A stretch of DNA of 49,642 nt, from positions 1-49,642 of the forward strand of contig CAXHJY010001037.1 of the NCBI GenBank assembly GCA_964016885.1, given 5' to 3'. Positions 1-33,242 of this stretch are shown here, in pieces. The notes beneath the pieces were generated by a model, which did no database searches, had not been told where the DNA came from, and saw nothing but the letters and a program-made list of their open reading frames with translations. Position 1 is the stretch's first letter; each line of letters opens with the position of its first letter. A program made the position numbers and the translations under genes. Source of the stretch: Eledone cirrhosa. Lineage: Eukaryota.

Positions 1-716
1 TAAGCTGGGCCACGCATATAAGCAGCAAAGTTGACATGGCCCGCAGAATGTGTTCCTGGATCCTCAGAACCTTCCAGTCGAGAGATTCCCACACCATTAT
101 CCTTCTCTTCTCTACTTTTTCCCGACCACACCTTGAATACTGTTGTCCACTGTGGTCTCCCCACACGAAACAAAGTATCATGAAACTTGAAGCTCCTCAA
201 AGGGTAAATCACGAAAAAGATAGATGGCATGTCAGACCTTGACTACTGGGGTCGACTAGAAAAGCTGAAACTTTACTCACTCCAACGTCGCCGTGAGCGT
301 TATAATATCTGCATGATGTGGAAAATGTTCCATCATCACTGCCCAAATGATTTTGGCATCGCCTTCAAGATACACCCAAGGCTTGGGCCTCGTGCTATCC
401 GTCCCATACAAAAATCTAAATCGCAACTCATAACAACAATACGGCAAAATTATTTCACCTCAATTGGCCCTGCTCTCTTCAACATCACACCATGACACGT
501 CAAAACAGAAATTGACCACACAAAATTCAAGAAGTCTTTGGACAAATTCCTCCAAGTAATCCCGGACAAACCACCCACACCCTGATATGTCTCCGCAAAC
601 AGTAATTCTCTTCTCGTATGGGCCATGGTGCCCAAATCTTGAATTGAAAGACTTCGCCAGGTGGTGCTATTAAGTTAGACATGGCCTGGGACAATATTGG
701 CCAAAACATTTCAAAT
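1..716 (+). mobile_element. 3' end of a decayed CR1/L2-group non-LTR retrotransposon (RT C-terminal region plus 3' UTR), running off the window start
   Basis: ORFs 36-242 and 229-495 join through a frameshift into WILRTF..RPHLEYCCPLWSP..LE..QR / [41 protein letters not shown]. This is the typical post-RT region of CR1/L2-like ORF2. It contains in-frame stops and ends in microsatellite. Confidence 0.9.
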
Positions 717-7951
<7,235 letters not shown>

Positions 7952-8990
7952 TACTCTTTTACTCTTTTACCTGTTTCAGCCATCCGGCTGAGGCCATGCT
8001 GGGGCACCGCCCTTGTTGCTACACATTTTATCTCCAGCCTGTATAGGTTGGCCACTGGTGTAGGAGGGAGTTTGTTGCTGCTGCCCTTAGGTTTCCCTCG
8101 TGTCTTGCTGTGGGCTCATCAGGGATCCTGGATAACAAGGTGTCGATATGTTTCTTAAAGACATCCACCTCCACGTCATGCAAGTCTCGCAGATGCCTCG
8201 GCAGCCTGTTGAAGAGTTGAGGGCCCTTGAATCCCAGGCTATTGCAATACCTGCTCCTTATTCTAGATGTGGAAGACGGGACCTTTGGCACCACACAGTG
8301 ACGTCCTGTTCGACGGTTGGTCCAGCTCCCAATGCCAAAGTTTGGTGCTAGTCCCTCCAGGATTTTCCACATGTAGATCACTGCGTATCTCTCCCGTCTT
8401 CGCTCCAAGGAGTAGAGGTTCAGTTCCTTCAGCCTCTCCCAGTAGCTTGTCTCCCTCATCTTGGCAATCCTCTTGGTGTAGCTTCGCTGGATTGCCTCAA
8501 GCTCTGTGGTTAGTTTGACACTATGGGGTGACCACAGCTGGGAGCAGTAGTCAGGCGGCTTAGGACAAAAGTCCTCCACAGTGTCAACATGGTGTCTCGA
8601 TCTCTTGTAAGGAAAGTCCTCAAGATCCAGCCAGCGAATCGTCTACATGCTGTCGCCACCTTCATGATGTGTGAAGAAAAAGATGCATCATCGCTCATGT
8701 CTATGCCCAGGTCTCGTATCGATTTTGACACGGGGATATCGGTCCCTCCTGGTCCTGTGTAGCTGTGTTCCGCTATATTTGTGTTTGTGTTTGCAGGTTT
8801 GTATTGTAGGGCTTGGAATTTGCCAGCATTAAACTGCATGTTGTTTTCTTCCGCCCATCTGTATATGGCATCCAGATCCTGCTGTAAGAGGGCAGCGTCA
8901 GCCGGGTTTTTGATTGCCTGTGCTACCTTAGTGTCATCAGCATAGCTAGTGAGGGATGTTGTTGAGGGATGTTGTTGCATGCACCACATG
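7952..8990 (-). mobile_element. 5'-truncated CR1/L2-group LINE (RT YADD motif to 3' tail), frameshifted
   Basis: Minus-strand ORFs give [44 protein letters not shown], then [49 protein letters not shown]. Frameshift near 8555-8580; 3' tail GGTAAAAGAGTAAAAGAGT. Confidence 0.93.
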
Positions 8991-10189
<1,199 letters not shown>

Positions 10190-10190
<1 letters not shown>

Positions 10191-10340
10191 GTACACTCCA
10201 TATTCTTCGGAGCTTCCGGCTTGTATCTGCCGATATTACTTCTTTATTTTTAATTGTATTGATAAGTCCTTAATAGGATGAAACATTGTCGGCTAATAAA
10301 GACTTTTGATGTATTGAAGGCTTCTTTGTTTTACTCTCTT
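10190..10340 (+). mobile_element. Short PLE pLTR-like fragment with degenerate hammerhead; homologous to 31110-31263 (-)
   Basis: GTACACTCCATATTCTTC...TTGATAA GTCCT TAAT AGGAT GAAA CATT GTC GGCTAATAAAGACTTTTGATGTATTGAAGGCTTCTTT aligns with the reverse complement of 31110-31263. Confidence 0.75.
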
Positions 10341-10946
<606 letters not shown>

Positions 10947-10952
<6 letters not shown>

Positions 10953-11572
10953 TAAAATATATGATAAACACAAAACGTCTTAATTATTGTAAAGGACTGA
11001 GAGCTTATTCTCAAAATATTATATAGTATATTGCTCCTTAAATGTTAGAGCTGATTTTTAATCCCGCATATATGGCTGTTATTTCTAGCACCGTTAATGC
11101 GGGGCGGCTAGTTTGGTCTGGCTATACACGTGTAGTCAGACTTGCAAAATTTTTTGATGTGAAATGTATTAATTTCTACTGGATTCCTGTTGATATGCAC
11201 AGAAGATTTGGATATTTCACTCTTTATTTCAATTCCATTTCGATTCTCTTTATTTTTTAAATTCACATACCACCATTGCGAAAGGTTTCGAGGTTCAAAT
11301 TCGTCTACAGAACAGGTTTGGATTTTGAAATTTAAATCTGTCCAGGAATCATGGCAGTTGCCAATGTAAGATTGTCTTTATTGACTTATATCGAGACAGA
11401 GAAATTGTATTCACTTTAATTAGTTTATTTCATTAATAGCTGACTGTCTGTTGCAATGCAAACACGTTTGTGTTTATCATATATTTTAATGTATTTAACT
11501 GCTCGGAAATGACCCTTTCCTGGAGCTTAATTATTGTAAAGGACTGCGAGCTTATTCTCAAAATATTATATA

Positions 11573-11578
<6 letters not shown>
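10947..11578. mobile_element. Non-coding element of about 1.1 x 547-bp unit with a short inverted left arm
   Basis: 10979-11031 is directly repeated at 11526-11578; 10947-10978 is the reverse complement of 11464-11494; both ends abut (TA)n. Confidence 0.7.
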
Positions 11579-22420
<10,842 letters not shown>

Positions 22421-22652
22421 TTTCGTTTCTGAATTTGTTTAGCAAGATTCTTTATCTGAAATCGTGTGTTGAAACCGATATTGTTATACTTTGGGAGGGT
22501 CATGTTGCCAATAAGAAACACACGCACCAGTTGCTTTCACTTCAATTTATTATATATTTATAAATTTATAAATTTACAAATCTACAAACCTATAAATTAT
22601 AAATTTCTGGTTGGTTGGTTGGTTCCACAACCAGATAGTTGTTTATATATAT

Positions 22653-22697
22653 AGTTATAGTCCTTTCGTCACACACTCTGTGACCTCTTCAGTGACT
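22653..22697 (-). ncRNA. Minimal type I hammerhead in PLE pLTR (stem I has one mismatch)
   Basis: Reverse complement: AGTCA CTGAAGA G GTCACA GAGTG TGTGAC GAAA GGAC TA TAACT. Confidence 0.75.
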
Positions 22698-22974
22698 GGG
22701 GATTCCTTTCTTCGTTTCTGTGCCTTTTCTTTCTTCTATCCTACGCCATTTTGTTTCTGTGTGTGTGTTGTGTGCTCAGTTTGCGCATGTTCCACATCCG
22801 GGTGTGTGTGTGTGTTTGTGTTCATTTTTCTATTTGTTTATTTATTTATTGTTGGTTGGTTGTTTGTTCTATGTGTGTGTGTGTTTTCATTTTGTCCTGT
22901 GTGTGTTTTCATTTTGTGTGTGTTTTCAATTGTAAGTTGTTTGTTCTATGTGTGTGTGTGTTTTCATTTTGTCC

Positions 22975-23508
22975 TTAATTGTAAGTTGTGATGGTGCTGT
23001 TCCACTCATATTTTCTATTTAATTTTGGTTTTAATTCTTTTATGCTTACTGCCACTGTAATTTGCCTAAACATTGCGTCTTTTCTGTGCGTGGATTCTAT
23101 TTTTATTTCTATGCTCTCTAATCTACCCCTGTGTTCTATCTTAGAATGTTGGTAGAGCACAGATGATTCTTTATTATCTTGGAGGTCTCGCCAGTGTTCA
23201 TTTATTCGTTCCCCTATACTACGAGCTGTCTCACCTATGTACACTATATTTTTGTTTCTACATTGTCCTTCAGTACATCTTATGCTATACACTACATTTC
23301 TAGTTTTACAGTTAATATGGGGGCTTATTTTACAGGTTATACATTTCTTATCTATACATGAGGGTCTTTGGAACGGGTATGTCTTGCTAATAAGTGTTTT
23401 TACGGAGGTACCAGGTCTTTCTACTATCTTAATATTGAGGTTATGTTTATTTAGGGCCCTTCTAAATTTGTAGGCTAGTTCGCCTCTAGGGGTTGTATTG
23501 ATGAACAT
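22975..23508 (-). pseudogene. C-terminal linker plus GIY-YIG endonuclease of a Penelope-like element (5'-truncated, frame still open, Neptune-like)
   Basis: [51 protein letters not shown]...H..RQI..I...[10 protein letters not shown] shows the VVY/YIG, Arg, His and LN motifs. The expected catalytic Glu position appears as Val (RQITVAV). Confidence 0.88.
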
Positions 23509-25780
<2,272 letters not shown>

Positions 25781-25975
25781 TTCAGGTTTGAGGTTCACCA
25801 CTGTATAGAGCTGGTCTATTCCGTATGGTCAATCGTAATGCAATAATATAGAGAGTACTCAACGTAAAGCAGTTCAACCGTCCTTGTTTTTGTAGTTGGT
25901 GGTGCTATTACGGAGTTAAATATTATAATGAAATGACAGGAGGCTGGATTTGTGTAAATCCTTGAAAGGTTTATT

Positions 25976-26033
25976 ATACTATGATCATTTTAATGACCGG
26001 GTTCCGTATGAATCCGGTGATATCATCAGGTAT
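25976..26033 (-). ncRNA. Hammerhead copy with mutated core (GAAA to AAAA), probably inactive
   Basis: Plus strand has CATTTTAATG where the 28780 copy has CATTTCAATG. Confidence 0.65.
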
Positions 26034-26404
26034 TCGAAATATAATACGTGAATGTAATAGGTAAAATCCATGGGGCTGAAAATCGAGACCCGAGGGCGAC
26101 CGCTATTCTGTTCCTTCAACCTCAGCCGGTTGCCCTGGAGTGACGTGGCTAAATTTTATAGTACGCTACTACCGGTCAGATGAACGAAAACAGAAAGAGA
26201 TGGGAGCATAGGTTAACGTCGATCCCATGACACAAGGTAAAAGAAAGAAAGAAAGGAAGGAGAAGAAGGGGGAAGAAAGAAGAAGAGAAGTCAGGGTTAA
26301 TGTCAGCTAAAAGAGGAAGGTAACTACTACTGGTCAGATATAGGCAAGCAAGAGGGGGAAGGAAGATAAGTCTGCAGGGAGGAGGAGAGGAGAGAAGGAA
26401 GGGA

Positions 26405-27425
26405 AGAGAGAAGTAGAAAAGTAAGGGCTGATGGCTACAAGAAGGAAGATAGAAAGGAAGAGGAAGAAAGGTCGATATTAATGTCAGACCACAGTCAAGC
26501 CAGGAGTGGCGCGAGAAAATTTTCACAGGGAACCGCATCTTAGCGGAGATGGATATATTGGGAGTCAGTGTTTTACAGTGTTTAGACTTCTAGGATGAAG
26601 TTAAAAAAATTTAATAATCAATATTCAATATTAAAGAGGTTAGAAAATTTAAAGTTCAACAGTTTAACAATTAATTATATAATAGTTCCGATTTGTTCTG
26701 TAATTTAAAGGTACTATTTGGCGGTTAAAACAACGGCCGCGCCCCGGGCCCCATGGCGAATTAGGCCACGCCGAGTATTTTCATTTACTGAAAGAAGGGG
26801 AAATTTATTTTTCCAAGCACTCTAGGTGAGCTCGTTCGCCACGGAGCTGGTCGCGCCGCCATTAAAACCCACCCAACAGTCCGACAGAAAGTTGGAACTT
26901 TAAAATTTAGCTTAGAGAAGTAAAAGAGTAATGGTTGATAGCTACAAGAAGGAAGATAGAAAGAGAGAGGAAAGAAGGTCGATATTAATGTCACACCACA
27001 GTCGGGCCAGGAGTGGCGCGACAAAATTTTCACAGCGACTCGCATCTTAGCAGAGGTGAATATATTGGGGGTCAGTGTGTTACAATGTTTAGACTTCTAG
27101 GATGAAGTTAAAAAATTAATAAATTAATAATCAATATTCCATATTAAAGAGGTTAGAAAACTTAAAGCTCAACAGTTTCAGGCTGATATATATAATAGTT
27201 CCGATTTGTTCTGTAATTTAAAGGTACTATTTGGCGGTTAAAACACCGGCCGCGCCCCAGGCCCCATGGCTAATTAAGCCACGCCGAGTATTTTCATTTA
27301 CTGAAAGAAGGGGAATTTATTTTTCCAAGCACTCCAGGTGAGCCCGTTCGCCAGGGAGCTGGTCGCGCCGCCGCTAAAACCCACCCAACGGTCCGACAGA
27401 AAGTTGGAACTTTAGAATTTTGCTT
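26405..27425. repeat. Internal diverged tandem duplication (about 510 bp x 2) within the 2804-bp unit
   Basis: AGAGAAGTA..GCTACAAGAAGGAAGATAGAAAG..GGTCGATATTAATGTCA through CCGACAGAAAGTTGGAACTTTA occurs twice. Confidence 0.85.
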
Positions 27426-28779
27426 AACTCTATCGGATGAAGTTGAAAGAATTCAGAATAACATTATGAAACTAAGGAGTAAGAGGATTGAGAATTGAAC
27501 AAACAGAAAATTGAAGATTAGACATTCAAATAACTTCTATGAGGTTTTGGGTTGCGGGGTTTAATTAAATAGTCTTTTATGAAGAAACGTTACTTGTATT
27601 ATGTAGATCTGTAATTTATCCTAGTGGGATGTAGAGTACGGGATATAGTCGTGTAATGTTTAATTTTTGTTCTCAGGAGGAGACATTCTAGTGTCGTGTG
27701 CTAATGGGTACAGGTCCCAATGTGAGGAGTAGAAATACATGGATACATAGAAGTGGAATACGTGGAAGAGCTAATGGGTACAGGTCCCAATGTGAGGGGT
27801 AGAAATACATGGATACATAGAAGTGGAATACGTGGAAGAGCACATTGGTACAGCAGAGGTATAAATATATAAACGTATCAATATATAGGTATAAACATGT
27901 AAATAAACCAACAAGAGTGGTGTTGGAGTAAGATGGAGAAATCAGGACATTAATACAACAAACAAAGATGTGAAGATATAGATAAACAAACAATAGTCGT
28001 TGTCTAGTAAATGTAGAGTTCAAGAGACAGGAGAAATACAATATAGTTCGGGTTGCGGTATTTATGTTCCCAGGGGGAAATATTCCAGTGACGTGTGCTG
28101 AGGGTACACGCGAGTAAAAGTCCGAATAAGGGAAGTAGAAAGTACATGGATGTATAGAGGTAGAATACGTGGAGGAGCATTAATACAGCAAATAAAGATG
28201 TAAAGATATAAATAAACAAACAAGAGTCGTTGTCTATTAAATGGAGAGTTCAAGACACAGGAGAAATACAATATAGTTCAAGTTGCAGTCAGATAATGCA
28301 TATAGATGTAGAAACAGTGCGTGTTCGAGTCTGGGAGTTCAGTGTGAGTTATACATGCCCAGAAGTATAGGGTAGCCATTTAGTTAATTCAGTGCAGTAC
28401 AATACATGTTATGGTCCAGTCCGTGGAGTTTCGTCGAAGTTCGGATATTCTGTGAGGGGAGTAGCAAAGGGCCAGGCGAAAGCACCGGGTAGCCAAAGTT
28501 CGAATTGTGGTTAGATATATTCAGTCCCATGCCGCTGTTGATTATTACATTTTGAAGTGCTCAACATTTCAGGAGCGTTATTTATTCAGGTTTGAGGTTC
28601 ACCACTGTATAGAGCTGGTCTATTCCGTATGGTCAATCGTAATGCAATAATATAGAGAGTACTCAACGTAAAGCAGTTCAACCGTCCTTGTTTTTGTAGT
28701 TGGTGGTGCTATTACGGAGTTAAATATTATAATGAAATGACAGGAGGCTGGATTTGTGTAAATCCTTGAAAGGTTTATT

Positions 28780-28837
28780 ATACTATGATCATTTCAATGA
28801 CCGGGTTCCGTATGAATCCGGTGATATCATCAGGTAT
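28780..28837 (-). ncRNA. Type I hammerhead ribozyme
   Basis: Reverse complement of the 30432-30489 motif, core intact. Confidence 0.78.
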
Positions 28838-29360
28838 TCGAAATATAATACGTGAATGTAATAGGTAAAAGCCATGGGGCTGAAAATCGAGACCCGAGGG
28901 CGACCGCTTATCTGTTCCTTCAACCTCAGCCGGTCGCCCTGGAGTGACGTGGCTAAATTTTATAGTATGCTACTACCGGTCAGATGAACGAAAACAGAAA
29001 GAGATGGGAGCATAGGTTAACGTCGATCCCATGACACAAGGTAAAAGAAAGAAAGAAAGGAAGGAGAAGAAGGGGGAAGAAAGAAGAAGAGAAGTCAGGG
29101 TTAATGTCAGCTAAAAGAGGAAGGTAACTACTACTGGTCAGATATAGGCAAGCAAGAGGGGGAAGGAAGATAAGTCTGCAGGGAGGAGGAGAGGAGAGAA
29201 GGAAGGGAAGAGAGAAGTAGAAAAGTAAGGGTTGATGGCTACAAGAAGGAAGATAGAAAGGAAGAGGAAGAAAGGTCGATATTAATGTCAGACCACAGTC
29301 AAGCCAGGAGTGGCGCGAGAAAATGTTCACAGGGACCCGCATCTTAGCGGAGATGGATAT

Positions 29361-30540
29361 CATCCTATAAGTCTAAACATTGTAACACACTGACCCCCAA
29401 TATATTCACCTCTGCTAAGATGCGAGTCCCTGTGAAAATTTTGTCGCGCCACTCCTGGCCCGACTGTGGTGTGACATTAATATCGACCTTCCTTCCTCTC
29501 TCTTTCTATCTTCCTTCTTGTAGCTATCAACCATTACTCTTTTACTTCTCTAAGCTGAATTTTAAAGTTCCAACTTTCTGTCGGACTGTTGGGTGGGTTT
29601 TAATGGCGGCGCGACCAGCTCCGTGGCGAACGAGCTCACCTAGAGTGCTTGGAAAAATAAATTTCCCCTTCTTTCAGTAAATGAAAATACTCGGCGTGGC
29701 TTAATTCGCCATGGGGCCCGGGGCGCGGCCGTTGTTTTAACCGCCAAATAGTACCTTTAAATTACAGAACAAATCGGAACTATTATATAATTAATTGTTA
29801 AACTGTTGAACTTTAAATTTTCTAACCTCTTTAATATTGAATATTGATTATTAAATTTTTTTAACTTCATCCTAGAAGTCTAAACACTGTAAAACACTGA
29901 CTCCCAATATATCCATCTCCGCTAAGATGCGGGTCCCTGTGAAAATTTTCTCGCGCCACTCCTGGCTTGACTGTGGTCTGACATTAATATCGACCTTTCT
30001 TCCTCTTCCTTTCTATCTTCCTTCTTGTAGCCATCAACCCTTACTTTTCTACTTCTCTCTTCCCTTCCTTCTCTCCTCTCCTCCTCCCTGCAGACTTATC
30101 TTCCTTCCCCCTCTTGCTTGCCTATATCTGACCAGTAGTAGTTACCTTCCTCTTTTAGCTGACATTAACCCTGACTTCTCTTCTTCTTTCTTCCCCCTTC
30201 TTCTCCTTCCTTTCTTTCTTTCTTTTACCTTGTGTCATGGGATCGACGTTAACCTATGCTCCCATCTCTTTCTGTTTTCGTTCATCTGACCGGTAGTAGC
30301 ATACTATAAAATTTAGCCACGTCACTCCAGGGCGACCGGCTGAGGTTGAAGGAACAGAATAGCGGTCGCCCTCGGGTCTCGATTTTCAGCCCCATGGATT
30401 TTACCTATTACATTCACGTATTATATTTCGAATACCTGATGATATCACCGGATTCATACGGAACCCGGTCATTGAAATGATCATAGTATAATAAACCTTT
30501 CAAGGATTTACACAAATCCAGCCTCCTGTCATTTCATTAT
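29361..30540 (+). mobile_element. Right (inverted) arm of the 2804-bp HHR element
   Basis: Reverse complement of about 25925-27105; ORFs at 29420 and 29927 (+) mirror those at 27045 and 26538 (-). Confidence 0.9.
30432..30489 (+). ncRNA. Type I hammerhead ribozyme
   Basis: ATAC CTGATGA T ATCACCGG ATTCATACGGAAC CCGGTCAT T GAAA TGATCA TA GTAT; palindromic stem III AUGAUCAU, AUA triplet. Confidence 0.8.
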
Positions 30541-30579
30541 TATATTATATATATATATATGTATATATATATATACATA

Positions 30580-30631
<52 letters not shown>

Positions 30632-30635
30632 CATA

Positions 30636-30679
<44 letters not shown>

Positions 30680-30707
30680 CATATATATGTATATATATAT
30701 ATACATA

Positions 30708-30763
<56 letters not shown>

Positions 30764-30879
30764 TAGATATATATATATACATATATATGTATATATATAT
30801 ATACATATATATGTATATATATATACACATATATATGTATATATATATATACATATATATGTATATATGTATATACATA

Positions 30880-30917
<38 letters not shown>

Positions 30918-31010
30918 TATGTATATATATATTTACATATATATATACATATATATATACATATATATATATATATACATATATATAGACATATGTATAT
31001 ATATACATAG
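30541..31010. repeat. Interrupted (TA)n microsatellite
   Basis: Direct reading. Confidence 0.95.
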
Positions 31011-31153
31011 AATTGAAATACTAGAGTGTGTTGGAGTTAAACACCCTCTTCGTATTATAGAAATGACAGTAAAGGTATAGCTCAATGTAATTAAACAGAG
31101 CCGAAGAATTATGAAAATAAATCAAAGAAGCCTTCAATACATCAAAAATCTTT

Positions 31154-31198
31154 ATTAGCCAACAATGTTTCGTCCTATTAAGGACTCATCAGGGCAAT
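31154..31198 (-). ncRNA. Minimal type I hammerhead in pLTR-like repeat (family shared with 10190-10340)
   Basis: Reverse complement: ATTGCC CTGATGA GTCC TTAATA GGAC GAAA CATTG TT GGC TAATAAA. Confidence 0.8.
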
Positions 31199-32009
31199 TA
31201 AAGCTATAAGAAGCACTATCAGCCAATACAAGCCGAAAACTCAGAAGAATATGGAGTGTACATAGATTAAATCATAGGAAAATAATCGGGTAAAAATCAT
31301 CAAGTAAAAAAATTATCAAGTGCTAATTGCTAAAGAAGTAAGTAACATTTTGAACCATATTACAAATATAGTCCAATGCAAAAACTAGAGCTAAAACAGA
31401 GGTGGTGATATAGAGCAGGAATTATTGTACTATACATATTATAATATAATATAATATAATATAATATTATATAATATAATATAATATAATTATAATGATA
31501 ATAATAATAATGTTAAAAGGCCCAATATACATATATATATATATACATATGTACACACATATACATATATATCAATACACATTTCCATCAAAAGACGCAC
31601 AAACTAACCCTTATCAAGAGTTTAAATATAAATAAGAATAAGAATAATAAAAATAGAAATAAAAATAAAAATACAAATGAAAAATGCAAATGAAAATTAA
31701 ATTAAAATATAATGCATATAATATTTACAGTATAAAATGAAGAATAAATGATTAAAAGTAAGCATAAAATATATAATAAACTATATAATTATATAATAAT
31801 ATAATAGATAATCTCCGGTTAATTTGCACAAAAAATATAAATGTTATAATAACAAATAAAATCACAATATTATAATATAATGGCATATAACTTAACAAAT
31901 CATATAGATTTACAGTCAGGGTGAGAAAAAAATATTGTACAGAACTAAATTATATTGGAAAAATTATGTTGGAAATATATCAAAACCATTGCAAGAAAAT
32001 AGCTCAAAT

Positions 32010-32017
32010 TTCTATAC

Positions 32018-32050
<33 letters not shown>

Positions 32051-32382
32051 CATAGATATACATATATATATACATACATATATATATATATATACATACA
32101 TATATATATATACATATATATATACACATATATATATACATATATATACATACATATATATATATAAATATATATACATACATATATATATACATACATA
32201 TATACATATATATATACATACATATATACATACATATATATATACACACATATATATATACAATACAAACATATATATATACATATATATACATATATAT
32301 ATATATATACATATATATATACATACATATATATATACATATATATATATTTACATATATATATACATATATATATATACAT
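32010..32382. repeat. Interrupted (TA)n microsatellite
   Basis: Direct reading. Confidence 0.95.
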
Positions 32383-32986
32383 ATGTAAGTATGTATGTAT
32401 ACGTACATACATATATGTATACAGACGTACAGTAGCATGTATATATACACATACAGGCACACATATATATATGCACGTATTAGTTTACCGAACATTTATT
32501 ATAATGCTCGGTTTGTTCGTTTGTAAACAAACAAACAGCCTGAATTACGCCGTACAGTGTTTAGGCAACCACGTCACCTTTTTGTTGTTCAACACTGACA
32601 CAGGAACGATGTACTAGTTTCAAGCTTATTAGCTATCGTCAGCACCGTATACCTTTCTGCCAGATGGTTGAACGTCCGAAAGTATATACTTTCCTTATGA
32701 AAATTAACGGCTGAGCAGCCTAATTTGCATATCGAGTGAGTTCAGTCGGCCAGGCGCACCGAAAACGATAAATGGAAAAGAATGAAACGAACAAACCGAG
32801 CATTATAATAAATGTTCGGTAAACTGATACGTGCATATATATATGTGTGTGCCTGTATGTATATATATACAAGCTACTGTACGTCTGTATACATATATGT
32901 ATGTGCGTATACATACATACTTACATTTAAGTAAGTGCCGTACTAAGAGTGAGAAATGAAATTTCGTTTCATTCTATTCCATTTAT
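32383..32986. mobile_element. Two-armed HHR element (monomer about 445 bp), diverged homolog of the 469-bp satellite
   Basis: Left arm 32383-32791 (sense -), right arm 32785-32986 (sense +); 32383-32522 is inverted at 32785-32926; colinear motifs shared with the 469 unit. Confidence 0.82.
32606..32648 (-). ncRNA. Type I hammerhead ribozyme
   Basis: Reverse complement: ACGGTG CTGACGA T AGCT AATA AGCT T GAAA CTAG TA CATCGT; stem III ACUAGU, GUA triplet. Confidence 0.85.
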
Positions 32987-33002
32987 ATATACATATATAT
33001 AC

Positions 33003-33091
<89 letters not shown>

Positions 33092-33203
33092 TTAGAGGAA
33101 TTCCAACGTTGTCTGATTTACTCGTTTTATTTACAATCCTTTAAAATTTATAATGATATTATAATGAAATAGTATGATAGAATATTAAATTCTAAGTGTT
33201 AAT

Positions 33204-33242
33204 TGAACAAGTATTTTCATGCTTTCGCAATCTTCAGGTTCA
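33204..33242 (-). ncRNA. Solitary minimal hammerhead, stem III partly decayed
   Basis: Reverse complement: TGAAC CTGAAGA T TGC GAAA GCA T GAAA ATAC TT GTTCA. Confidence 0.68.

Larger units (their letters stand above)
22421..23508 (-). mobile_element. 5'-truncated Penelope-like element: GIY-YIG end, CA-rich spacer and hammerhead-bearing pLTR
   Basis: GIY-YIG ORF followed on the same strand by a segment of about 325 bp (22421-22748) that contains an HHR and recurs at 41835-42405. Confidence 0.88.
25781..29360 (-). mobile_element. Left arm of a long non-coding HHR element: about 1.28 copies of a 2804-bp unit
   Basis: 25781-26555 is repeated at 28586-29360 (marker ORFs at 26176 and 28980); HHRs at 25976-26033 and 28780-28837. 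Confidence 0.85.

Noticed and set aside
11055-11110. Twister ribozyme-like UAA...GC pattern
   Set aside because: The pseudoknot pairings required by the twister consensus could not be matched by eye.
26176-30289. 120-127 aa Leu/Phe/Ser-rich ORFs and 86-aa ORFs
   Set aside because: They derive from a polypyrimidine tract and internal duplications; low complexity, no motifs.
30325-30375. Possible SECIS element
   Set aside because: Lacks the AUGA/GA quartet with an 11-12 bp upper helix, and there is no upstream ORF.
32383-32926. MITE with 140-bp terminal inverted repeats
   Set aside because: The right arm continues past the inverted match, the interior holds an HHR, and the sequence is colinear with the 469 unit, so a two-arm retrozyme fits better.
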